The notes under the pieces are model-generated. The model searched no databases, had not been told where the DNA came from, and saw nothing but the letters and a program-made list of their open reading frames with translations. The position numbers and the translations under genes were made by a program. Below, piece by piece: positions 13,049-23,495 of a stretch of DNA of 64,000 nt (its first letter is position 1; every line of letters starts with the position of its first letter). The DNA lies in assembly GCA_030390025.1 (NCBI GenBank), contig CM059432.1, forward strand, positions 143,160,001-143,224,000. Direction: 5' to 3'. The stretch is from Squalus acanthias. Lineage: Eukaryota.

Positions 13049-14069
13049 CTGTACAGATACAGGGAGGCACACAACAAGCCGGGTATCGGCTGCAAAAAAT
13101 CAACCCTCAGCCACCGAAGGAGACAGTTAGCACCAGAGTATCTGCCTGTGGCTCAAAGTCACATAGAAATCAACGTGTTTCAGTGCCTTCTCCATCTCTC
13201 CTGTTCTGTTGCTTGGAATTGAAAGGTAAGTCACCCCCTCGCTCTGGCGGAATACATTTCAAGCATGCATTTGTAGACAGCTGTTAAATTGGGAATTACC
13301 GACCGGAGACGTCCTTCTGTTGATATAAAAGACAAGTTCATCAAAATAATCGACTAACAGCGAAGGCTCTCACAGACCCTCCACTCAGAGTGTTTCAGTC
13401 CACAGTGCACGACCGGGCTTTGCTGATTTAAACCTGCAACTGTCGCTAAGGACAAGATGCAGGAAATGCGGTGTAGTTAACACTGTTACACTTGCATTAA
13501 GATCGCAGCGGTGGTTAAAAAAAAATCCGCCCCATTTCCCACGACCGTGTCGCTTTAAATTCTTTACGATCGCGGAGAACCATTAGCTTAAAATCAAATT
13601 ACTGCCGGCAGCAGATGGCGAGATCGCCTTCACTTATCTTAAATCGCCTGTTTTCAGTGAGCTGGGCTTTTAAAACCCCAGCACTTGCCCGAGCAGAGCA
13701 ATTGAATTTTTTTTTTTAAATACCAGAAATGAAGGAACTTCAACTTTCTCCATCCGCCCACCGTGCAATGTGGTTTAATGCAATTGCCCCACAATCAAAG
13801 GCGATAAACTTCAGTCACCCTCCTTCAAACCAACGCCCAAACTGTCTCTGCCCAGAAACTCTTGTGCCAGAAACAAACATCTCGTACAGTTTAGTCACAC
13901 GCGGGTGCAAGCACGCTCTTTTTCGGATTGATTGAGTGCTCTCTGCCTCCGAAGAATAGGGAAGAGTGAAAAGCTCTTGGAAATAATTAGCGCCGATTTC
14001 ACAATTACACCAGTAAAGAGAATGCAATCAATGCCATCATGTTTTAAAAGACTGTCTCCCCTGACATAC
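13049..14069 (-). other. Candidate 5'UTR intron of the TMEM74-like gene
   Basis: Minus-strand donor AAG|GTATGT (GT at 14069-14068). Pyrimidine-rich acceptor ttgttgtgtgcctccctgtatctgtacAG (AG at 13050-13049), with the exon starting 83 nt upstream of the ATG. Confidence 0.6.
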
Positions 14070-14345
14070 CTTCTGCCGCCTGTGTGTGATATTTTGCTCC
14101 GTCCTTCACAGTGTAATTGAAAGCGGATCAGTGTCTGGTGAAGATCCCTCCTCGCACTCGGCTCCGCCGCTTACATTCTGGAGCTGATGATGTGTCAATC
14201 CTGCAATCGCAGCGGAAACTCGGGGCTCCAGATCTCCAACAGGCGGAGCACTCTGGGAACTGGAGTCTGACCATCCCACAAACCAACCCCTCCCTCCCTT
14301 CCTCCTGCCTGTACAGTAAACAGCACCTGGAGGCCACCTCTTTAA
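14070..14345 (-). promoter_or_regulatory. Candidate non-coding first exon and core promoter of the TMEM74-like gene
   Basis: Non-repetitive, CpG-enriched stretch ending at a strong donor site, with GGGAGGGAGG boxes upstream. The start site is not defined. Confidence 0.45.
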
Positions 14346-14414
14346 GCTATAGAGTAGCTCTCAAAGCCTGGCTGGCTCTCATACTAAACATATGCAAAGT
14401 CAGTATTTGATATA

Positions 14415-14842
14415 AGAAAAGATTTGCATTTATATGAAGCCTTTCCATCCCAAAGCACTTTACAGCCAATGAAGTACTTTTTGAAGTGTAGTCACTGTTG
14501 TAATGTAGGAAACGTGGCAGCCAACTGGCGCACAGCAAGCTCCCACAAACAGCAATGTGATAATGACCAGATAATCTGTTTTAGTGATGATGGTTGAGGG
14601 ATAAATATTGGCACCAGGACACCGGGGAGAACTCCCCAGCTCTTTTTCGAAATAGTGCCATGAAATCTTTTACGGCTTATGGTTTATCATCGCACCTGAA
14701 AGACGGCACCTCGGACAGCGCAGCACTCCCACAGCACTGCACTGGAGTGTCAGCCTAGATTTTTGTGCTCAAGTCTCTGAGTGGGATTATGAAGCCACAA
14801 CCTTCAGACTCAGAGAGCAGAGTGCTACCACTGAGCCACGGC
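14415..14842 (-). mobile_element. Full-length DeuSINE
   Basis: Head ccgtggctcagtggtagcac (minus), Deu domain and tail. Confidence 0.9.
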
Positions 14843-14999
14843 ACTTTAATACGTATAAAAGAAAAATAAAATTCTGCAATTTAGTGTTCTTTGATTTAGC
14901 CTGGCTTATATTGAGTCTTATTCAGAAATAACACCAGAAGAAAAAAACTTTCTCACAGCTACACATTATAGAATTGGCCCTGTTCTCCACCCCATTGAT

Positions 15000-15198
15000 G
15001 AAAGACTTGCATTTCTATAGCGCCTTTCACCACCTCAGGACGTCCCAAAGCGCTTTACATCCAATGAAGTACTTTTGAAATGTAGTCACTGTTGGAATGT
15101 ATGAAACACGGCAGCCAATTGGCGCACAGCAAGCTCCCACAAACAGCAATCTGATATTGACCAGATAATCTGTTTTAGTGATGCTGGTTGAGGGATCA
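15000..15198 (-). mobile_element. DeuSINE 3' fragment
   Basis: Same tail consensus as the other copies. Confidence 0.85.
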
Positions 15199-15425
15199 AT
15201 AAGATAGTAATCTTGCTTGAGCGCTTCTGAATGTAATGCCACCGAGAAACTGGTAAATAAGGTTGACACCCAACATGATTGAACATTGCTGAAATAAAGG
15301 TTTTCTCCAGAGAAAAAAGCTCCACCAATTTTACAAAAGGCACAGATAGCAATTGAGTCTCTGACTAATCTCAGCCTAGTCCCACCACTCATGGGCCTCA
15401 GCTACCACAAGCACCAAGAGATAAC

Positions 15426-16172
15426 GGGGGAGAAATTCATTATAGTCCTGTCTGGGGCGATAAATTTTAAAACCAAGGCGCTAATGTTTCTAATCTTTAA
15501 AAAAAAATCCATTTTGCGCTTCAGGAAGGAAGTGAAGCGTTAAATCAAGCGTCTACTTCCTTCTTGGAGCGCAATCGTCAGCAGGCGATGCGGAGACTTC
15601 AGCAGCGCTGCACATTGGGCCGTGCAGCGCCGCCGCATTCAAAGGCTCCGTCCCTCCCTTAAAGGGAAGGGCCATCGCTGCAGGCTCTACAATATAAAGA
15701 GTAGCTACCTGGACCAGCAAGGCAGCAGCGATCCCACGCGATCAGCCCAGCACTCGAGCAGAGCGCCAGGCTGATCGATCGCGGGCAGGAACCCGCGAAA
15801 AAAACTGCAACAAGAAAGGTAAGGCTTTTTTCCACTTACCTCGGCCACCTCGCCTTTAATCATCGCCCCCCCCCCCCCGCCCCCCCGCCCCCGAAGTGGC
15901 CGGCCGCCCAATGCACGCCTCCTGCAGCTGTCGGTGTTTTCACCCGGCGCTGCTGCAGGGGGCGGAAGTCAATTTCGGGTCCGGGGCGCTACCGGGGCGA
16001 TGCGCACGGCGGTGACGTCACGATCTCCGGGCGAAGGAATTCAGGGCGCAATGCCGTAGCGCTGTCACAAAACTCCCACTGAATATGGCGGGAGTCGATG
16101 TCAGCGCCGCGCCCGGTCGCAAAACCATTCGCGCCCTGAACGGGAGGCACAAAGGCCCCCAATTTCACCTCC
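15426..16172 (+). mobile_element. GC-rich MITE (family A), copy 1
   Basis: Imperfect TIRs ggggagaaatt / aatttcacctcc. Reverse complement of 16960-17604. Confidence 0.8.
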
Positions 16173-16959
16173 TCTGTTACCTTATCACTCCAACTGTTTC
16201 TGATTGTGAGTGAAGAGTGGAGGAGAGCTTGCTGGTCGCTTCGCGTTCGGTTCTCCCCGATGAGGCGGGTTTTCAGCCGCTTTGAGAGAAATCTGCGATG
16301 TCAGAAATAGTCAGTAATCGGGGGAGGGAAATCACTACTCTTCCACCTCTGCTGGGTATGAATGGAAGATTCAATTCCAACCTAAAACTAAATGAAAGGT
16401 AGGACGGTGTGAAGAGGAATTCCTTTAACTGGCGGCATACACTTTAAATGTCAATGGTTTTCCTTAATCAATACAGGGACTGTAAAAGCAGCGAGAATGT
16501 ATTGATGGGATCATTTGATCACATGATCTTCTACCATCTGTTCCTTAGACTAGAAGGATTAGTAGCGTTTTCATCATCTAGTGCTTTGAGTCAATTGCTG
16601 AAACGGGTTGGATCTGCTCGGCGTGTTAAGCTATACGTTCGGTCAGTCAAACTGGGGAGAGCAGCAGGGCGCATTCCTTCCAAACACTCAGAGAGCCCCT
16701 TTCCAAATGTCCGACCTTTTTCACGGGAGTTCGATTTGCCAGAGCGATCGTTAACATTTTGCAGTCACAGTACATTTATTTATCTCAGAATGCAAATGTG
16801 CCATCCCTTCTTTGTGTTGTTTTATATTCAACACATAACACTGAGTTGCAATAGTTCGCGAGATTGCAGTGTGCTGTTTTCTAAGAGAATTTTAATGTCC
16901 AATAATGACTATCTTTCACAGTTACTGTCACCGCTAATCCTGCACTGTATAATACATTA

Positions 16960-17604
16960 GGGGGGTGAAATTAGGTGCCTTTGCGCCTCCCATTCGGGGT
17001 GAATGGCTTTGCGACCGGGCGCGGCGCTGACATCGACTCCCGCCATATTCGGCGGGAGTTTTGCGGCGGCGCGCCCTGAATTCCTTCACCCAGAGATCGT
17101 GACGTCATCGCCGTGCGCATCGCCCCGGTAGCGCCCCGGATCCCGAAATTGACTTCCGTCCCCTGCAGCAGCGCCGGTCGAAAACACCAAAAACTGCAGG
17201 AGGCGAGCATCGGGCGACCGGCCGCTCCGGGGGCGATGATTAAAGGCGAGGTGGCCGAGGTAAGGGGGAAAAAAAATTTACCTTCCTTGTTCCAGTTTTT
17301 TTCGCGGGTTCCTGATCGCACGGGATCGCGGCTGCCTGGGTGGTCCAGGTCGGTAATTTTTAAATTGCAGAGCCTGCAGCGAGGGCCCTTCCCTTTAAGG
17401 GAGGGAAGGAGCCTTTGAACGCGGCAGCGCTGCTGAAGTCTCTGCCCCGCTCTCCGACGTTAGCGCCCTAAGAAGGAAGTGAAGCGCTTGATTTGGCACT
17501 TCACTTCCTTCCCAGAGTGCTAAACCGAATTTTTTTAATGTTTAGAAACATTAGCGCCTGGCTAAATTTATCTCTCCAAATGGGGCTATAATGAATTTCT
17601 CCCT
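16960..17604 (-). mobile_element. GC-rich MITE (family A), copy 2, inverted
   Basis: TIRs ggggtgaaatt / aatttctccc. It interrupts a repeat whose empty form is at 19027-19094. Confidence 0.85.
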
Positions 17605-18207
17605 CTGTGTGTCGGTAGTAATGATCTCAGGCCTCCTTTTGATTCCACTTTCCTCTTCTAGTTGGCTGGCAAGTTTTGTATACCATTTTATTCCCTGTCT
17701 AGTAAAGTCCTTCGCTACATCAAACTGCCATTTTATATGCAAAAACAAGCCGAAATGATAGAAGTGGTCCGTCACGCAAAATGAATCTTATCAACACTTC
17801 CAGCACATATTAAACTCTCCCAGATGCTATTCCTCTTTCAGTTTCCCATCACAGTTATAGAACATCTCAGGGAATGAATTGCAGGATATCAGGACTCTGA
17901 GTAAAATGAATCCGTCCCTTAATGGCAGCGCACGCACACCTTATGGGTTGGTAACATTTATGTCATAACGCCAGCAACTTTATTCCCCTCTGTTGAACTT
18001 GCACCTGTGCGTTACTAGTAGTTCCTGAGGTTAACGCATCGACCCAATTTATGAAAGTTCTGCTGAAAACTCAACGACCTGAAACTCTCTCCACAGATAC
18101 TGCCTGCCCGAGTGTCTCCAGCATTTTCTGTTTTTATTAATAATACTCTCCCTGTGTATACAGGGGTAGATGTCATACTAAACTAGGCAAAAGGTACTCT
18201 CCCAGAG

Positions 18208-18550
18208 CTCAAAGGATTTTGATAGTGAAACTGTTTCCACTGGCAGGAGGGTCAGTAACCAGAAGACACAGATTTAAGGTAATTGGCAAAAGAGCCAGAG
18301 GGGAGACGAGGTGAATTTTTTTTACACAGCGAGTTGTTGTGATCTGGAATGCGCTGTCTGAAAGGGCGGTGGAAGCAGAGTCAATAATAACATTCAAAAG
18401 GGGAATTGGATAAATGCGTGAAAAGGAAAAAATTGCAGGGCTATGGGGAAAGAAGGAGTGGGACTAATTGGATTGCTCTTTCAAAGAGCCGGAACAAGCA
18501 CAATGGGCCCAATGGCCTCCTTCTGTACTGTAAGATTCTATGGTTCTATG
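18208..18550 (+). mobile_element. CR1 3' end inside a degenerate ~52-bp tandem repeat
   Basis: LFPLAGGSVTR.HRFK remnant and (attctatg)-type tail. Flanking units atgtcatac.aaactagg..aa..gtact.tc. Confidence 0.8.
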
Positions 18551-19143
18551 CCATAGCAAACTAGGGTAAAGCGTACTATCCCAGTGCACACAGGACTAAA
18601 TGTCATACCAAACTAGGGTGAAGTGTACTATCTCCATAGACACTGCAGGCTAGATACAGAATTAAGTCTACGGTTGCTGGACATCTTGGATCAGGAGGAG
18701 CAGGGACAAAAAGAGAGGACAACCTGGGAGGTTCAGAGCCTTGGGAAGCAGCCCATCAGGACTCACGACTACCTAATGCTGAATGAATACGGCAGACATG
18801 CCTGAACGGCAGCAGCGAACAGCATGTGCAGTGGCTATGCCTCAACAATTAATGAATTAATCACCTGGAACCCAACTCACAGCCAAGGGGCAACATCCAG
18901 ATACTGATACAAATTGAAGTGAAAGCCAGCAACGTACTGAAGTTCTGCGCGATTGAATCCTTGCAGGCACCAACACAGAAGACATTGCCGCGCTGGATCA
19001 CAGAGGTAAGAGATGATCTGTTTTAACACAGTTACTGTCACTGCTAATCCTGCGCTGCATAACACATTCTGTGTCTGTAGGAATGATCTCAGGCTGCTGA
19101 CACAGTTACTGTCAGCGCAAATCCTGCGCTGTATAATACATTC

Positions 19144-19857
19144 GGGCCCAGAATTTGGGATCAGTGGCGAAGCAAAGGCATTCACCGCTGGCCCTGAAGA
19201 ATGTTGCCCACAAAGATCTCGTGATCTCTGTGGTGAGAAGTTCGCCTTTTTCAACACATAAGTGAGATCAACAAGCTATCTAAGCAGCCAATCACAAAGC
19301 AGAATTCTCATAGACAGGGAACCAGGAAGTGAAGTTGCTTTTATTCGAACTTTAAAAAAAAATGTTACAGAGAGAAAAACAAAGATTGGGGCTCTCACAT
19401 GGGGAAAAGGTAAACCTGAAATATATATGAACAAACTTAAAAAAAAATATTTTTTTTTTTAAAGTTTCTTAAAATTTGTAATTTTTAACATAATGGAGAA
19501 ACTTGACACTCCAAAAAATTAAAATGAGTTTTTCAGGGCCATTACGTTTGTTTAGCAGTCAATACGCTGTTAAAACCCCAGTTACACCTAATCTAACAAG
19601 GCCTAACATTTAATGGGGTATTTAACAGCGGTATTACATCCGTTTCCCTGATTTGACAGATTACACTGATTGCTATGGAGGGGCGAGGCGGCAGCCAGTG
19701 CAGCCAGTGTCGGAGCAGTGAATGACTGACCGCAACTTCAGGATTTCCGTGTTTAGATGCGCATGCGCTACATCCTGAAGCTGCGGTCGGTTTCCAAGCG
19801 GTAATAACAGAAAACGCTGTCAGTTCGCTGTTATTACCCACCGCAAATTCCAGGCCA
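19144..19857. mobile_element. MITE (family B), full length
   Basis: Termini gggcccagaatttg / caaattccaggcc, with subterminal hairpins. Confidence 0.8.
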
Positions 19858-20366
19858 ATGTGTAAGTTGCAATGATCTCAGGCTTCTTGTTGATTCCATT
19901 TACGTCTTCTGGTTGGCTGGCAAGTGAGAGTCTTCGTAGCCCAAGCAGTGCCTGGACATTTCTAAGCCCATGTTTCTTAATCAAATACGACAAAAGATTG
20001 TTTCCAATTCTTGAGCCTGCATGTTATTTATTCCAATTGGGTGTAAACATTCGAAGCATGGATGTAATCAGGAAAGGCTGAACAGGCTGAGGCTCTATTC
20101 TTTAGAAAAAGGAAGGTTGACGGGTGACCTAATTATGAAATGGTTTGATAGAGTATGTAGAGAAGACGTTTCCACTTGTGGGGAGTCCAAAACCAGGGGC
20201 CATCAATATAAGATAGTCACTAATAAATCCAATAAGGAATTCAGGGGGTAACGGTTGCGATTGCTGGCGGGGGAGGGGGTCGCGGTGGCTGGCAGGGCCC
20301 CGTGTTCTCTAGTCAAGCGCTGCGCTCTTGCTCCTCCCGGCTCCACACTCAGGTACGTTACTTACC

Positions 20367-20502
20367 GTACAAAAGCAAAATACTGCGGATGCTGGAAATC
20401 TGAAATAAAAACAGAAAATGCTGAAATACTCAGCAGGCCAGGCAGCATCTGTGGAGAGAGAAACTGAGTTGACGTTTCAGGTCGAAGACCCTTCGTCAGA
20501 AC
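20367..20502 (-). mobile_element. Penelope-derived mini-element (family P2) with an intact minimal hammerhead motif
   Basis: Minus strand GTT-CTGACGA-A-GGGTC-TTC-GACCT-GAAA-CG-TC-AAC, followed by the tail ccacagatgctgcc..ctgctgag..ccagcatccgcagta. Near-perfect 12-bp flanking repeat acgtt(a/t)cttacc. Confidence 0.8.
20468..20502 (-). ncRNA. Minimal type I hammerhead ribozyme motif (GUC cleavage triplet)
   Basis: CUGANGA and GAAA core, 3-bp stem I, 5-bp stem II and palindromic ACGU stem III. Confidence 0.75.
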
Positions 20503-21568
20503 GTTTCTTACCTGCTTGGTTGCAGGCGATCCCTAAGGCCCCTTTCCCCCGAGTGTGGCCCGCGATGGCGCGGGGCTGCCTGGGGGGTGCAAACCGATCT
20601 TGCAGCGGGGAGCTGGAGCAGGCGTTAAGCCCCCTTATTTGCATGTGCAATGGGTCTAATGCCTGCTTCTGGCGTGGGTAAAGGGCACCTCTTTGTCCTG
20701 GGCGGAAATATGCGCCCGCTTCCTGCCCGCCATTTTGGGGCCTCTGGATTCAATTTCAATTTCTAGGCCACCATTTTCCTCTGGTGGGGAAATCAAGAAT
20801 ATGGGAACATAATTTGAAAATTAGAACTCAGAAACACTCGGCGAAATCAGGAAACACTTTTTCACACAAAGGGTAGTGGAAATCTCAAACACTCTCTCCC
20901 CCAAAAAGGCTGTGGATTCTGGGGGACAATTAGAGCTTTCAAGAGTGAGGTCGATAAGATTTTTGTTAGGTAAGAGTATCAAGGGATATGGAGCAAAGGC
21001 GAGTAAATGGAGTTGAGGTACAGATCAGCCATGATCTAATTCTGTTCCTAATGTTCCTGTGTTCAGTCAACAGTAGGTAAATAGCCCTCAGCGTTACGCA
21101 GTGTCTCTTTAAATTACATTATAGCGTACTTCAGATATTACTTCTTTCTATCTCTGTGTCTGCAGCTGCAAATATGACAAATTGTTCTTTTGTGGTTTCC
21201 AGGCCAGTGAGCATTCTAATAATTGAAATGATATGCGAAAATCTGCCTTTAAACTCTGAGGATATAAAATAAGATGACGTGAGCTGAGATTGGTCTGAAC
21301 TAAATCGATGAAAGCTTCACAATGGCAAACCTTCTGCACGTTTTATGCTTGAGCACTCTGCGTTAACCTCAGATTTCGATTCACAGCTCTAATATTCAGT
21401 TCTACTTCCGAGTCCATCACCAACTTTCTACCGAGCAGCTTTATGTTTCTTGAGCTGGTGCAGCTGGGCTCATTGGCTGCTGGAATCCTAAATGACCTTA
21501 AATGTCATCCAGATGTGAATACATCTGTCCTAAGAGATCCTCGAAAACAGCTTGACCGATCTAGTTTA

Positions 21569-21803
21569 GACAAAAATGAGAAGTCGCACAACACCAGGTT
21601 ATAGTCCAACAGATTTATTTAAAATTACAAGCTTTCGGAGCTGTCGCCCCTTCCTCAGGTAAAGTTACCTGTAACTTTACCTGAGGAAGGGGCGACAGCT
21701 CCGAAAGCTTGTAATTTTAAATAAATCTGTTGGACTATAACCTGGTGTTGTGCGACTTCTCATTTTTGTCCACCCCAGTCCAACGCCGGCATCTCCGCAT
21801 CAT
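21569..21803. mobile_element. Penelope-derived fold-back mini-element (family P1) with hammerhead motifs on both strands
   Basis: Perfect 100-bp arms at 21569-21668 and 21671-21770, a 33-nt extra tail, and direct repeat gatctagtttaga at 21558-21570 and 21804-21816. Confidence 0.85.
21677..21714 (+). ncRNA. Minimal hammerhead ribozyme motif
   Basis: TTAC-CTGAGGA-A-GGGGC-GACA-GCTCC-GAAA-GC-TT-GTAA. Confidence 0.65.
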
Positions 21804-22229
21804 GATCTAGTTTAGATTTAGGAAGGACTTCGAACCTTATCATTGGTTGGTGCCCTTCTGTGTTAGATTTGTTAACCCAGTTTGCCAGCTATAAATGCGA
21901 GAACTATAGGAACTACAATGAATATTCACCCTCGGACTTCCCAACAAATGGCAATTTCTAACAGTTGTTGACCAGGTCGCCTATCAGAAGCAGGGAGGAC
22001 TCGATGGGGCAGATGATCAACTTGCTGCCCAGCCTTGTGGATTGCCCGCCCATTATATAAACAGCCATTCAACTCAACGGAAATCAAAATTGGCCGTTTT
22101 CTATAACGAGATTCCAATCCGCAGGCTGGAGTTAACCCAGGGCAGCGAGTTGAAATTCTACCACAATGAGTGGGTTCTTTCCAACTCGTTTCAAGGCACT
22201 TCTTGGCGGCCAATGAAGAAATAGGGCCA

Positions 22230-22352
22230 CAACAAAAGCAAAATCCTGGAGATGCTGGAAATCTGAAATAGAAACAGAAATTGCAGGAGACACTCAGCAG
22301 GTCAGGCAGCATCGGTTGGAGAGAGAAACACAGTTAACGTTTCAGGTCGGTG
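22230..22352 (-). mobile_element. Penelope P2 tail, cut within the ribozyme region by the adjacent CR1 fragment
   Basis: gatgctggaaatctgaaat...ttaacgtttcaggtc. Confidence 0.75.
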
Positions 22353-22655
22353 ACAGGGGTCACAGTCTCAGAATAAGGGGTCGGCCATTTAGGACTGAGA
22401 TGAGGAACAATTTCTTCACTCAGAGGGTGGTGAATCTTTGGAATTCTCTACCCCAGAGGGCTTTGGAGGCTCAGTCGTTGAGTATATTCAAGACAGAAAT
22501 CAATAGATTTTTGGATATTAAGGGAATCAAGGGATGTGGGGATAGTTCAGGAAAGTGGAGTTGAGGTTGAAGATCAGCCATGATCTTATTGAATCGTGGA
22601 GCAGGCTCGAGGGGCCAAATGGCCTCCTCCTGCTCCTATTTCTTATGTTCTTATG
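22353..22655 (+). mobile_element. CR1 3' end
   Basis: RGHSLRIRGRPFRTEMR.NFFTQRVVNLWNSLP and (tcttatgt)2 tail. Confidence 0.9.
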
Positions 22656-23179
22656 TTAACTCAATTTTGAGGCCGGAAGGCTGTAAAGTCCCTGATTGAA
22701 AGATGAGGATATTTTCTCAACTTGCTTGCTTGAAATTGAAACAAAAGTTGTGGAAGCAGTGAATGAAGAAACAAAGGGAGCGATGAGGTGCTGTTCCTTG
22801 AGCTTCCGTTGAACTAGTACTGACTGATATTTCTGCTGATCTCCAACTGCTAAACTATCAAGTTGAGGGTGGGATAGCACCAAGGGAAAGGAGAAGAAAA
22901 TAGAGAATGATTTAATTTTTTTAATAACCGGTTAATAAATCAAAGCGGATCCTTGGTTTAAAATATATTGCACGGAGCAAAAGGCAGCAATGGATAGAGG
23001 TAGGGGGGACTTTTAACCTAACCCATCCAACCTTAAATTGGATTGATTGCCTGTATTACACCCCCTCCCCCTCCCCCCCCATCAACAATGGAAAGTAAAA
23101 TTGTGCAGGGTGTAAAAGTGCCGTCTGATCCATTCCCATTAGTTTCCCACCAGGCCACTTAGGTTAGAATGATCCCATA

Positions 23180-23495
23180 GTAGCTTGGCTCAGTGGTAGC
23201 ACTCTTGCCTCTGAAGCTTATGGGTTCTAAGCCCTACTCCAGAAATCAAAGCATATGATCTCGGCTGACACTCCAGTGCAGTGCTGAGGGAGTGCTGCAC
23301 TGTCGGAGGTGCCGTCTTTCGGATGAGACGTTAAGTCGAGACCCCTGTCTGCCCTCTCAGGTGGAGGTAAAATATCCCATGGCACTAGAGCAGGGGAGTT
23401 CTCCCCAGTGTCCTGGCCAACATTTATCGTTCAAGCAGCATCACTAAAAGAGATTATCTGGTCATGTATCTCATTGCTGTTTATGGGAGTTTGCA
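23180..23495 (+). mobile_element. DeuSINE
   Basis: tggctcagtggtag head and gtgccgtctttcggatgagacgttaa Deu domain. Confidence 0.85.

Larger units (their letters stand above)
20245..20770. mobile_element. GC-rich MITE-like fragment hosting a Penelope mini-element
   Basis: CpG-rich block ending aatttctaggcc. Confidence 0.5.

Noticed and set aside
21365..21604. Open reading stretch upstream of and running into the fold-back element
   Set aside because: No recognisable protein similarity and no convincing splice pair.
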